From Phoronis australis (Eukaryota > Animalia > Phoronida), in contig NMRA01000450.1 in the NCBI GenBank assembly GCA_002633005.1, positions 164,876 through 228,875 on the forward strand: a stretch of DNA of 64,000 nucleotides. The letters are read 5' to 3'. A model generated the notes under the pieces. That model saw only the letters and a list, made by a program, of their open reading frames with translations. It searched no databases and had not been told where the DNA came from. Position 1 is the first letter of the stretch. Each line of letters opens with the position of its first letter. Of this stretch, positions 51,055-64,000 are shown piece after piece. Position numbers and translations under genes: made by a program.

Positions 51055-51949
51055 CTATTAACAGATACTAAAAACGACTTTCCCATCCAGTTCTCTGAAA
51101 CAAAAACAAGTTCTGTAGCCCTTCACAACCCTCAAAAGTTTGTAGGAAAATTTGAAAACTCCTTAAGTTTGCTTAACGAGCAAGTATGATCTATACCTTA
51201 AGCGAATTACACAGCAACTGTGGAAATAGACAACCCACCAAGGATCATAATGTCCAATCTGTGACATAGGGCAATCTGTGACATAGGGACTGACTATGGG
51301 TTTTTAATTGATTCCTGCTCTTAAACTTTCCAGATTGCTGCCAATGATGCATTAACAGGTGACAAACTGAGGATTGGTGTAAATCATCAAAACAGGGTTC
51401 AGTATTCCTTTAACATGTCCTGCTGTCATCACAAGCACCATCAAGTTTATAATGCTGTTTGAACTGAAGCTGGTTACAATGAATTGTCAAGAATTCCCGA
51501 CAGCCTCATTGCATCGGCAACTGAAACTAAAACAACAAGACAGGTCTGAAGTGATATCCACTAATCAGTCCTTCATTCGCCTAAAATTATTTCCGAACAA
51601 GGTTAAGAAACGAAACACAGCTGCAATTCGTTTCAAAAATACTTCCATACCCCATGACCAACATCATGTGCAGGAACGAGACTACACTGCTGGACCATGG
51701 CCTGAAGTTTGGTCAACAAAATCACGCGCTCAAAGACGCCACAAGACTGGACAGCATGCTGTTGACACTTCACAAGTTAAAAGCTCAGAGCCCAACTGCT
51801 CAGAGATATAAACATTTCCTTCCATTGCTATACAAGTTCCTCCATTGCCTTGAACACCCATCATCGGCACATGTGGTAGTCCATCAAAAGCTTTGGTGGA
51901 CGCCATTTTGAAATAGACGCAAGTGCAAGCTGTGGCTAAATGGTGAACA

Positions 51950-52152
51950 TCTGCCTAAGGTTAGAGCGAGTGCCCGCCTTAAGTGAGAGCAAGGGCCTGC
52001 CTTAAGTGAGAGCGAAGGCCTGCCTTAAGTGAGAGCGAGGGCCTGCCTAAAGTGAGAGCGAGTGTCCGTCTTAAGTGAGAGCGAGGGCCTGCCTTAGGTG
52101 AGAGCGAGGGCCCGCCAAAAGTGAGAGCAAATACCCACCGAAAGTGAGAGCA
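51950..52152. repeat. 23-bp minisatellite (gcctgccttaagtgagagcgagg), about 9 copies
   Basis: Directly visible in RPL23 intron 4. Confidence 0.9.
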
Positions 52153-52463
52153 CACCATTGAATTACTCTTGACTAGATAGATTGGGCATAAGACATGTCA
52201 TTTAAATCTCGATTGGCCACTGTAATCTAGCCCAACACAGACATATTACTGGGCGTATGGGGAGCCCAGTGTGTCCCCAATGTGGTACTAATGTTGAAAC
52301 CCCAAAACACCTGGTAGAGTCTTGCCTAGCTTTTTATAGGCTAAGGAGGAACCTACTGGATGGTACTGTTACGTGCTCATTTGCTATAAGCTTTTTAAGA
52401 AATGAGCGCTAATAGGAACCCTCCTTACAGAATAGAGTCCTGCTGAACATTTGGCATACCTAC

Positions 52464-52577
52464 CTTTCATTTCCCCTTTGGCATTCACTATCACCCCTGC
52501 ATTGTCTTCAAAGTATATAAACACCCCGTCTTTCCTCCGAATGGCCTTCCGTTGCCTTATGACCACAGCCGGCATTA
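52464..52577 (-). CDS. RPL23: 60S ribosomal protein L23, exon 4
   Basis: Reads (V)[37 protein letters not shown](G). 114 nt with AG/GT boundaries. Confidence 0.97.
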
Positions 52578-53266
52578 CTGAAATACAGAATAGTACACAA
52601 TTTGGGAATTATTCTTGGACCATTAACAAAATTACACACTCTCGACGTCAGAATGCAACGAAGCACTGTGCTGCACAGATGGCATTTGCAAGGAGTGAAA
52701 CAAATGTTCGCTACAGTACATGAGAACTAACATAGAGAGTACATGTTGGAATCGACAAGATCAGGTCTTGGAATTAAGTTGAGGCAAAGGGTAATTATAA
52801 AGAAATACCGTATGTCTAGCAACATTGTGAATAGGGCAGCAGACGCAATGCAATGAACAGAAGACTGCATTATACAGACACAAACTACTGATACATACAG
52901 TCAGCAGAAGCAGTGTTCTCCACAACCCATTTTGACTAGTCACAGCGTCGAGTTTGAATTTTGCCGTGACAAGTTTGGCTAACTTGCGACGAGTTTAAAA
53001 ACCTGTGCAACGTGTTTGGAATATTGGAGGATTAGTCATTTCCTAAGCAAATTGGGATATTTTGGACTTTTGGTACCAGCTCAATGCATTTATTACAAGA
53101 CTTAACCTACAAACTCAGCACAGTATAGACATTGACTTTTGAACACTCGTTCATAAATTTTGAAATTCAAGTGGAGTTTGAATTTTCTGTTGTGGAAAAC
53201 ACTGAGTAGTCTTGACACAACAAATCAGTAAAGCATACAGCCCATGATTGCGCTAAGTGGGCCTAC

Positions 53267-53395
53267 CCTTTTTCCTTAGCTCAGGCTTGCCCTTTTTCAC
53301 AGTGGCTGCCACCAGGTCACCTACAGCTGCTGAAGGAAGTCTGTTTAACCGACCTCGGATGCCGTGCACTGCAATGATGTACAGGTTCTTGGCAC
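53267..53395 (-). CDS. RPL23: 60S ribosomal protein L23, exon 3
   Basis: Reads (G)[42 protein letters not shown](V). 129 nt. Confidence 0.97.
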
Positions 53396-54631
53396 CTGAA
53401 ACACAACCAACAGGACATTACTGCAACTGTGCATCACGCTTGAGATAAGTAGAAAGTGCAACTATGAGTCTAGTGAATATAATTCATCTACCAGCCTAAC
53501 AATCAACAGAGTAACTTGCACTTGTCAATAGATGTCAGGACTTGACATAACAAGCACAAGCACAAGCACAAGCAAAAAATGCCAAGACGACAAAGGAGAG
53601 ATGAACCAATAGCCAACACATTCCTTGCGTGTAAATATCTCCATACTGTCTACAGTTACCACACATTTTGTAATCCTGCACTTTAGTGAACTAGATTATT
53701 TAGACCTTCATTAAATTGCATATCAGGAAAATGGTGTACAGGCTTTACCCAGTTTTGTCAAGCAAAGGTTTTCAAAGAAGTCTGGAATCTCTTACAGTTG
53801 GTAAGAGAATGAATGAAGGGTAACAATTACTATTCCCACGAATTCGCAGTTCCAAACTTCAGAAAATAATCAGTTATTAAAAAGACCAATTTCAAAAAAT
53901 AAAAAATCAATTGCAGTCGACAGTGTATGGAGAAATACAAACACGTTCCAAACAAATGTCTAGTTCCCCAAGGCTTTTTAACAAAAGTATATCTGACATA
54001 AAATTAATTTAATCATTTAAGATCTCAAAAGCTAACCAAGTGACCTAGTTTTTAGTTGTGTGTCATTTGGAAATGAGGGTAGTTTTCGAGGATTTCTTGT
54101 GGTGGAAGCAGAAACAAACGGAGTAGTTGTCTTTTGGGAACTGGTCTTTTTTAATAATAGATTTCTTTGGGATTATGAATTCTCGTAAAGAACTCGTGAA
54201 CCAGCGTTCTGCATGAACTGTTTTAATGTGTCGCTGAAACCTGTTTCGCAGCACTTGCGACAGGTTGAGTTGACTTAACAATTGCCTGTTACGGACCACA
54301 GCCTAAATCCTAGGATTTATCTGTGTCATACAAATTTCACTGAAGTCAGTGGATGTGAAGTTGGATAAATCCAAGCGCACTCACTGTATTTGTATTTATT
54401 GTTCAAATTTTGCAACTCGAGCAATTCCTATCAAAAAAATCTGCTGGATGCTGTATGCCAAGGCCAAATGACGTATGGATGCAAGGGATTGTAAATAGGA
54501 TATCCCTAGTGACCACTGGCGACAACAGTTACTCCCAATGAATCGAAATTGATTAGGACTGCGTTTCATATACACAAGTTTAAGAAAACACAATATCACC
54601 CAAGACTTTCAGATGTAACGCCAAGTATTAC

Positions 54632-54791
54632 CAGGGCTTGGAATGACAAATGGCAAAAAACGCGGAAATTTTTACGGCCCGAAACATGCCCGATTTTTTT
54701 TACGCGGAAACGCGGAAATATAATAAAATACGCGGACAGAACATTTGAAAAAAGCGGAAATCCGCGTTTCCGCGGAAAATTCCAAGCCCTG
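54632..54791. mobile_element. 160-bp hAT-like MITE
   Basis: TIR CAGGGCTTGGAAT, internal cgcggaaa repeats, 6-bp TSD TATTAC. Confidence 0.75.
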
Positions 54792-57097
54792 TATTACGAG
54801 CAAAAATGTGATCTTGCTGAGCTAGACCTTGGAATTTTGATTATCCAGATTGCGATAGCGCAAACTTGAAATAGCTTAGGAAACTTGGCAACTTCACTCA
54901 AATAATCATGTTCACGCTGAAAAAATTGCACGGCACTAAAGAAAATCACAGATTAATCAAATAACATGAATTCTAACAAACCTTTTTTATTTTTTTCAAC
55001 TATTGGCGATCTTATTAAATAAGCAATAATTGATTAACCATTCACAAATTGCTCCAATTCTGTGACAAATCTTTCAGTCAAGGAGACCATGGGTTATGGT
55101 TAACACAATAATTAGAAAAATTCTTTACAATGAACAAAAACTTACACCTGATTACTCTAAAGAATGTTCAATTCCGAGTATATGCAATCTTGATATTACG
55201 CAGAATTTCAAGTTCACGCTCAGCTATGACACCAGCTTCCTTTGCAACGCAAAGCATGTTTGGTTTCCGCATTCAAATTCATGCCTTACCATGCGAAAAG
55301 TCAGTACCGTGAAGCAAACTACGAGTGCGGATAACCCGAGCAGTGGGAACTTATTTGAAAATTGTCAAAAGTAGAAGGTGGGCGCTCAGTCGGACAGTGC
55401 AGTGAGCACATATTTACAAGAAGGGGGTGGGCACTTACAACAATGTTTGTCATTCGCACACTTCCCACACGTTTGGGTTTTCAGTTGCGGAGAACAATGT
55501 CTGAACAATGCAGATGATTATATTATAATCCAGGTGTGCTTCATAACAACTGTGAAGGCAGAACATTCTATAATATCTGTTTGAAAACCGTTGCTTAAGA
55601 ACACGTCGAGCAAAGCCATCAATCATGAGTAGCACTCAGTCACAACTGACTGTTACTCATATGCGCTGGGTTTCCATGCAGTTTTTGCAAACGGTGGTTT
55701 TCACAGAAATTTGACGAAATGTGGAATGTGCAACCTTCACAATAGTTCAAAAACATACCTGGATAAGAAAATAATCACCTCTGTTCTACTCATGTTTCTT
55801 GTACAAGAATTAGCAAAACAAAATTAAAGAAATTTGTCGACAAAAAAGACCACCTTCAAAATGGAGACTTCCGCAAGATTAAGATCTCAAGGGTAGGTCT
55901 CGTTACTAAATCAATCACTGGCATTCAAGTACAAACTAGGTCATTAAGTTAGCTGTTGACATCTTTTCACAAATCACAGCATCAACTTACAGCAAAGCAT
56001 ACTCAGTGACCAGATGGCATCGAGACCAAAGCATGTGTATGGGAAATGTTGACATTTTTGCACATATTGTTGACTTAGTTCATTATTATGACTTTTTCTG
56101 TTTTGGTTAGGAACTGGTACTGTATTGTGCTTCATTCAGGCCTTGCAGCTACCACAGGTGTGATTATAATTTGCAATATTCTGCTCCACGGTTTAACAAC
56201 CTTATGGAACGTGTCTGTAAATACGTGTCTACAATCAAGCGACCTAAATATCAGAAGTTTTGGAACATTTTGCACTATACTTAAATGGAATTACTACGGT
56301 TGATGTAAATTCATTACTGAAATAAAGACTTCCATAACGGAATTGTTGTGTTACTAAATATAGCAACCGCAAGCCATATATATGTTCGGACTGATATTTA
56401 AAAAACACTACCTGAAAACACTCGAACCTAAATATCGGACACCATGTTTCCACATACATCACACCGAGGAAAACTAACTAACCAAGTAATGACCGCTGGC
56501 ACCTTGTCGCCAAATTGCAACTCGTGCGTTTGATATATTTGTTGCTGGAACACAGCTCAGTTCGCAACAGAATTATTCATAAAATGTAATCTGATGACAG
56601 CACAAAGTTGTTTCGATGATTCACAGCAGACGACTGAAGTACGTACAATCTCACTGTTGTTATAGTATCTCCTTGCCTTCTTGATATAACACACACATGC
56701 ACAGCCTGGGTTTGTCTCAAGTTTAAAGAAAAATGAAAAAATGAAAGTCGCATATTGTCAGTTCATTGAAATGATTTCATTGTGGAGGATTTCGTTTTCA
56801 ACTTTTTAACCGATTAATTCGATCCGTCCATTTTTGATGCGACTTGGGGATCTAAATTGCACCCTCTCTCGGTGAAATCAAAATGAGCCAACGCTCGCAT
56901 ATTCAATGCATTGCAGATGAACAAAAATTGGTGACATTTATTTCGCAGATTATGGTTCAAGTAAGATTTTGTGTAATGTCAGATATTTGGGGTCCATCGG
57001 ATAATTAGGTTCACTATGACTATGTGTAGTAGCACTGGTCTCTGACAGAGGCGGCACTCAATAGTCAACTACAGAGCAAGATGATCCATTGTTTTAC

Positions 57098-57181
57098 CTG
57101 TGTTGTCAGCACAGTTCATCACAGCCCCGACAGGAAGTGCCAACGAAATACGGAACTTTCCTCCTGCGGTACCTCCACGTC
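57098..57181 (-). CDS. RPL23: 60S ribosomal protein L23, exon 2
   Basis: Reads (G)[27 protein letters not shown](G). 84 nt. Confidence 0.97.
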
Positions 57182-57533
57182 CTGTTAACAAACAAGATCG
57201 AGTCGTTAGCTTCAACTTTAATCATGGGAAAAAAGCATTCACAATACCAGTGCAAGCACTGAAGAGGCTTGTATGACTTTTTGGTTTCCTTCCTGTTGAT
57301 ATTAGTACACATTTACACTTACATTTAGGCCTAACCACAACAGAAATTAAGGCCGGACGTCTATAAGTAATTTCTTGTGTTTTCGTACGTCTGGTGATAT
57401 ACTTCATCAAAAATATAACATCTTAACAAATTGTGTAACATATGGCAACTTAAATCTAGCTTAACAGTATTCATTTATACAAATTTAATAACTGATTATC
57501 TTGATTTAATATCATGTTGTTACTCTAGCTGAC

Positions 57534-57546
57534 CTCTCTTAGACAT
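57534..57546 (-). CDS. RPL23: 60S ribosomal protein L23, exon 1 coding part (MSKR G)
   Basis: ATGTCTAAGAGAG|GTCAG. The exons sum to 13+84+129+114+83=423 nt, giving 140 aa plus stop. Confidence 0.93.
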
Positions 57547-57552
57547 CTTGGA

Positions 57553-57567
57553 TTGGAAAAGGAAATG
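57553..57567 (-). promoter_or_regulatory. Polypyrimidine (TCT/5'TOP-like) transcription start of RPL23
   Basis: CATTTCCTTTTCCAA lies about 10 nt upstream of the ATG, typical of ribosomal protein genes. Confidence 0.7.
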
Positions 57568-58359
57568 CAAGAACGCATGCGTACGACTACTTGTGGATGT
57601 CGTTTAGTTTCCTTCCTTATCACCTTCCTTATCTCATAAACGTCTTGATTTCAAAAACAATCTAATAAATCTAAACACAAATTGTGTATTTTTGCAATGT
57701 AGATATCGAAAATCGTGGTTTTTGGAGGCATTGACATGGACAATGTGGTGACCTTATATGGCGAAAGCGGCTACTGTTGTGAGGAGTGGGCGGGGATTTG
57801 TCTGTTTTTGAAATTTTAACATAATTTCTTATTAGTCTATCTCTCATAAAAAGAACTTACTGTCTTAAAGTGAGAATCGGACTGACAAGTCTGAACCCAG
57901 ATTTTTTAAGATTTAGAGGATTTAAAGACATTGTCTTCAACCCTTCTTGAGCCGCTAAAAGTTGACCTATTTATGGATAGCCTAAACTGATTGAGATGTG
58001 TATATATATTAATCTCAATCAAAAATTCAATTGGATGCAAAAAAATATCAAGATGAGAAAATATTAGTAAACATTAGTGGCTATCGCATACAACGCGATT
58101 AAATGTTAACTACAAGTCCTGAGTTTTTGTTTTTGTTATTATTGTTATCGATTAGGTCTGTCTGTAAAAGCCACCATTACTGGTAGTTGCGTACACGAGT
58201 GAGGTTGCCCACCGGATTGCCAACTCTTTCGCATTTCTGACACTGCAATCTGTTCATTGATAATAACAGCAGCGCTGTGGAGATTTCGTGTGTATAAGGA
58301 AGGGATTTCGAGTTCAAAATAGAGGTCTTGAGCACAGCGAGAGAAGAATTTCGCAAAAC

Positions 58360-58431
58360 ATGCCTCCAAAAATTTGTGGGAAATGTTCAAAAACCGTTTA
58401 CCCGACCGAAGAACTGAAGTGCCTGGATAAA
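58360..58431 (+). CDS. LASP1: LIM and SH3 domain protein (Lasp), first coding exon; the rest lies beyond the window or was not recognised
   Basis: MPPKICGKCSKTVYPTEELKCLDK|GTGAGT matches the Lasp N-terminal LIM start (CxxC..VYP.EELKCLDK), with the intron after DK. Confidence 0.88.
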
Positions 58432-60224
58432 GTGAGTATTCGTCAGTTCAGTTCCCGTAACAGGGAGTTAAGTGATTCCTGGTGACAAAATGTTCATACT
58501 AAGATAAGTGAGTTTTCAGACCAGGGGATCGGCCAGCTCTGATGGTCCAGTTGTGCCTCATTGAGTTGTGCAGTTCAAACGAAAGTTCACTGACACTGTG
58601 GCCCAGTGTGGCCGTGTCGGAATCGGATATTCTGGGTCTCTGGGATATAGCGATCCCTATTTCGAGAGCCAGGCAATCACTGAATAACCGTGAAAAAAGT
58701 TCTAAAGCCCCCTCAGTCCCCCTATGCCATGGTGCACTGGCGGCATGTGTGGCGTAGTACTGAAAAAAGTGGAGGGACTAAAGCCCCCAGCCCCCTGCTA
58801 TGGTACGCCGCCCATGTCATGATAACGGACGTGTTATTCAGTTGATGAAACTGGTTGTCAAAATCAGGTAGTGCTATATCCGACCAGTGCCATCACTACA
58901 CTCAAGTCTAGTGACTAGTATCTATGTAAAGCATGCTCAGATTGGACACTATAGTCTGTCTTTACCTCATTTAATTAGATGGATTCTCATTCAACCTAGC
59001 ACATGCCCCTGGTTGTGCAGGGTGGAAACTTTTCGGCAAATTGTGCCTTGCCCTGTGGAAACCATTGACTTAAAGTCTTTGTGGAAAAATCCACCTGTCT
59101 GTACGTGAGCGGCCTGTATCAGTCATTTTCGTTTGGAATATGAATTTTTAATAAACCTTAATTGTGGGAGACCTTGCACTCGGAGGTTGACAGTTAGTTG
59201 TGTGTTTCGAGTGGAAACCAGGCCCAAGCATTGTTGTGGATATCCTTTGATACTAAAAACCACTTGACTTAGATCCTGGTGGAAGTGACCAACAGTCTGG
59301 TGGAAGCACTACCATTGGCTGTCACCTCACTTGTTCTCGAAAGGGTCATAGAACTCGCGTATAGGTCATTACTGTACAGTTATACCTGAAATATTGTGAG
59401 TGCATTATATGGCACTGGTAGTTACTATTCACAAGTTGTGTAAAATCTGAGCTTACCACTTCAGAGTTGAGCTCGCCAAAAAACTTTTTTAGCTCAGCAA
59501 ACATTTGATAGGAATTTTAAAGCATTTTAAGACAGTTCATGAGCAGATCTCGGCAAGCTGAAATAAGCACTTTTGAACAAAATTTTCCCTAGGTTGGAAT
59601 TCTTCTTTTTTGGAAAATTATTGTAAAATTCTCACTTGGCAATTAATTTCTAGTTTTGCAAGAAATATAACGTTTCAATCCTTTGTAGCTACATTTCACC
59701 CAGTTGAAAATCAATAATCTCAAGAAGTTCAAAATAACCTGGAAAACTGTAACGATTGATGACAGTTTTATACTGGTAGTCATGAGGTCTTTGCTGGTTG
59801 CAAAGGTCTTGCACTGTTTTACTCACTACCAGTTCCAAATTTTGTGTGACGTCATGAAATGTCTGAAGCTATGATTGGCTTGTAATAATAAATGAGATTT
59901 GTTCCTCATTGTGATCACATGGAATGTTTTTGACATGTGTGTTTGATCCCACACATCCTTTGTGCCCTTATTTTCCTAAGAAACTATAAAAAGCTATATT
60001 TTGGTGCCTGAATGTGCTAGAAAGCCTCAATTGTCAACTGTTTTCTTAAAAATACCTAGCAAGTGATGAAAAACCTAGGAACTTGAAGTCGTGTTTGGCA
60101 AGTGGGCAGTGCTGTTGTGGAACGTAGGCGCAGCCAACCACCTTTTGGCATTTGAACGTAACGCCTACGCACCGTAAGTTACGTTCAGTGTTCACGGTAA
60201 TACAATGGGATTTAGTTGCCTACT

Positions 60225-61703
60225 CAGGGCTCGACATAACGAGCTGCAGGTCGCATTTGCGACCTGAAATTTGGAAATGCGAGCTGAGATTTTTTTCAGC
60301 TCGTATAAAGTCGCAAAATGCGACCTGGAATTTCCAACGAATGCGAGCTGAGTTTTTACACTTCTCAACAGATACCTGGCAAATACAAAGCAGCTCTTGT
60401 TAATCCGACCGTTATTTGGTTGTTGCCAAATACAAGTTCAAAAGAACACTAACCGAGAACAGGCCTCCCGATGACTTGTAAGCAAGTCGCGTGAACATGG
60501 GATATGAAGAATCGATCTTTGACGCGTTTCATTGGCTAACACTTTCGGCCACTTTTGTAAATTCCCGGATNNNNNNNNNNNNNNNNNNNNNNNNNNNNNN
60601 NNNNNNNNNNNNNNNNNNNNNNNNNNNNNNNNNNNNNNNNNNNNNNNNNNNNNNNNNNNNNNNNNNNNNNNNNNNNNNNNNNNNNNNNNNNNNNNNNNNN
60701 NNNNNNNNNNNNNNNNNNNNNNNNNNNNNNNNNNNNNNNNNNNNNNNNNNNNNNNNNNNNNNNNNNNNNNNNNNNNNNNNNNNNNNNNNNNNNNNNNNNN
60801 NNNNNNNNNNNNNNNNNNNNNNNNNNNNNNNNNNNNNNNNNNNNNNNNNNNNNNNNNNNNNNNNNNNNNNNNNNNNNNNNNNNNNNNNNNNNNNNNNNNN
60901 NNNNNNNNNNNNNNNNNNNNNNNNNNNNNNNNNNNNNNNNNNNNNNNNNNNNNNNNNNNNNNNNNNNNNNNNNNNNNNNNNNNNNNNNNNNNNNNNNNNN
61001 NNNNNNNNNNNNNNNNNNNNNNNNNNNNNNNNNNNNNNNNNNNNNNNNNNNNNNNNNNNNNNNNNNNNNNNNNNNNNNNNNNNNNNNNNNNNNNNNNNNN
61101 NNNNNNNNNNNNNNNNNNNNNNNNNNNNNNNNNNNNNNNNNNNNNNNNNNNNNNNNNNNNNNNNNNNNNNNNNNNNNNNNGCGACTGACCTATTTTTTCC
61201 CGTACTTGGAAGGTATTGAAGAGCAAACTCGCGATTACCCGAGTTCGTTTGAATCGTTAACGACTTTGATGACGGCCAGTAGCAGACCAGATCTAACAAA
61301 ATCCCAGATACTTTTTTCAACGGGCATTTTCTCCCTTTTCACTTCGCAAATTTAGCTACTCGAATGCACAAGTCAGTTAGAGAGCACTGATTCAACTTTC
61401 ACGCCGGCAACTTGGCTTGCGCTCTAGAGACTTTCAATGGCAGTTGTGAAGAACAGTAAGGCCGTACCTGCATGAATGAAGTCAATTTTGAGATCCGAAA
61501 TTTGTGAGCATTTAACGCAGCAGGTAATAGCATAATCTAAACATTTTCTCGATGATCTAAAAACTATATTTTGGCGCGTAAAAATGGCGGGAAAATTTTG
61601 CGACCTGGCATTTACGAATGCGAGCTGGATTTTGAAAATGCAACCTGGGATTTTGGCTAGGTCGCAAAATGCGACCTGGCGATTTTAATAGCGTCGAGCC
61701 CTG
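60225..61703. mobile_element. hAT-like non-autonomous element spanning the gap
   Basis: TIR CAGGGCTCGAC, subterminal tgcgacctgg repeats, 5-bp TSD CTACT. Confidence 0.7.
60571..61180. other. Assembly gap
   Basis: Run of N. Confidence 1.
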
Positions 61704-62979
61704 CTACTTACCTCTTATTTTACTACTACAGCACTGCAAGTGGGGTTCCTTCTAAAATCGCCAGTGGCTATCTGAGGTGGTATTTTGCGAGGGCGTACTT
61801 GTTAATTAGAACACTGGAATGGGAACTACCCTTTCTTCAAAACAATCATCTAACAAACATCAATAGTCATTGAGATCCTCTTGATCAGGTTACACGTAAC
61901 TTTTACCAACTTGAAGGTTAAAACTTGTATTTTCACTTAAATCCACATGACGGCAATACCAATCTTTACTTGAGACTTGACGCGAAAACTGGCCTATCAC
62001 ATCATGTAGAATTCAAAAGATTACTCAAGGTATGCCGCATCATTGGATAATTCTGAAGTGGAATCTAGTAAAGTTTGTCTGTCTGGGGCCTTGGGTTTTA
62101 AGGTGGCTGTATACCTGCCTCCCAAGAATCGTATTTTGATTTAGACCACCCGCTGTAACAAAATTGCTCTCAAATTGTTCCTCGTGTGATCTCAGGGCTT
62201 CAGAAGAGCCGACAGTTTGCTATTGGTTGACTGCAGGCTTTACTTGTTGGGTTTTCTCGGTGTGTCATTTTACTTAGCAAGTGAGGAATGACAAAGTCAG
62301 CTCTTCAAACTCATGTGATTAAGTAAGGAACCAGTTCAGACCAATTTTATATCAGTAGGTGACCCAAGTCAAAAGGTCACTTCTTTATGGTTTCTGTTTA
62401 AGGCATTTTAGATACAAGGTAATGAATACCCCCATTAATACAAGTATTGGTGATGGATGTATCTATTAGAACAATTACCGGTACTGACATTCATGTACAT
62501 TAACACATGCTGTAGTAACCTGCTATTTGAAGTACTATGCTGCTGGGCGCTTGCCAAGGGGGGTTGGCTTGTGGAGGGTTCACTTCATCCCGCTCTTTGC
62601 TTCCATGAATACCTTGCATTCATTCAAATTAAGCTGAAGCCAATTGCAAGGAGAATGACACAAAAGATGAGTGTTTGTTTACATGTATCAGTACATCTAG
62701 ATAAGGGCTTCACAAACACTGTATGCATTGGTTCTGCCTCTTCAGTCAAGTTTGCATTAGAAATTTCCATAACCATGACAAAATCAAATGTGTGCCCTGT
62801 TGTGCAACTTGGTCCTGATCAGCTCCAGTGTCAGTGGGTGTCTGTAGCCTGAACAGATGTCTTTCAACTCCTCCCCTCATGAGTGTCTGGTCTATTCACA
62901 CTTGTTGACTATGGCAATTCAGGTGAAGAACCTTGATTAAGGGACACAACCTCTGACTAATGCAATCTTTCAGTCAGTG

Positions 62980-63495
62980 GTCTAGCACACATCAACTACT
63001 ACCACTAAGTAGTCCAGCACACTTCACCACCAGCTACTTACTATGAGTGCTGTAATCAGTAGTCCAACACACTTCTCCACCAACTATGAGTTTGATAATC
63101 AGTAGTCCAGCACACTTTACCACCGACTACCAGTAATCAGTAGTCCAACACACATCACCACTGACTACTATCAGTACCGTAATCGGTAGTCCAGCGCACA
63201 TCACCACTGACTTCAGTAATCAGTAGTCCAACACACTTTACCACCGACTACCAGTAATCAGTCCAACACACATCACCACTGACTGCTATGAGTAGGGTAG
63301 TCAGTAGTCCAGCACTCTTTACTACCGACTACCAGTAATCAGTATTCCAGCACACATCACCACCGACTATTATGGGTACAGTAGTCAGTAATCCAGCACA
63401 CGTCACCACTGGCCACAAGTAGTAGCCCAGCTCACTTCACCACCAATTGCTACCAGTAATTAGTAGTCCAGCACACACCACCATTGAGTACTGAG
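62980..63495. repeat. ~33-45-bp minisatellite (aatcagtagtccagcacacttcaccaccgactacc)
   Basis: About 12 degenerate copies in LASP1 intron 1. Confidence 0.9.
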
Positions 63496-64000
63496 CCACA
63501 TATAGGTATGACTGGTACTGCTGTTAATACAGCACAATCAGTGCTAGTAGTGATATTTAGTTTTCTTTTGTTGAGACTTTTGAGCAAGAAAATTTCACCT
63601 CCCGGCCATATTGAAGAGCGTTTTCTCTAATCTATTTTACGGTAAAAAGACTTAAGTGTTTTGTGATAACCTTTACAGACCTAAGGTACATTATGATTGT
63701 TGGAACAAAACTACCACATCTGTGGCCTCAGGGTCAAAGTATCAGTCAGGCCATGGTTTTGACTGGAATTTGATATCAAGTCATTAGGGCCTTTCGCATT
63801 AGGGATTTTGTACGGTGGACTAACATTCTTTTTCGACCACAAGCATTTTAGACCCAATGCGAAAGGGGATTTAGACTGACCTAAATTTACCGTAGTACAG
63901 TATTAAAGTTGGTCCGAATACGTAAGCACCATGCGTTGCTCACTGTCCTTACTTATCTCCCCAAGTCACGCGAATCTGCAGTTCTATTTCTGTCTGTTCA

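Noticed and set aside
60438-61320. Long ORFs of 218-263 aa
   Set aside because: Artefacts of the N-gap.
62480-62950. Possible decayed LINE RT fragment on - (NWLQLNLNECKV)
   Set aside because: Only one short motif, too degenerate to support a call.
62980-63495. CRISPR-like repeat/spacer appearance
   Set aside because: The context is eukaryotic, the spacers are variants of one unit and there are no cas genes. It is a minisatellite.

Overview
AT-rich metazoan (probably invertebrate bilaterian) genomic DNA with spliceosomal introns and one N-gap (60571-61180). It holds a cluster of three divergent, intact DC-STAMP-domain genes: A on - (4 exons, 2177-15720, ~688 aa), B on + (3 exons, 32280-37769, ~904 aa) and C on - (3 exons, 39305-44330, ~708 aa). 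It also holds a complete 5-exon RPL23 (uL14) gene on -, head-to-head with the first coding exon of LASP1 on +. The three DC-STAMP paralogs share intron positions and phases, a C-x10-C-x10-C...C-x8-C-x9-C scaffold, and no C-terminal RING in the final exon. Each carries an ectodomain insert made of an amphipathic helix plus two furin-type sites. This is the most interesting signal: a candidate protease-activated cell-fusion module. Intergenic and intronic space is packed with DNA-transposon relics (Kolobok with THAP/KolX remnants, Sola3, Mutator/Academ-, Harbinger- and hAT-type MITEs, a Helentron-type element with a CTCF-motif array), LINE and Penelope fragments, and satellites. All family assignments come from reading motifs by eye; no database search was run.
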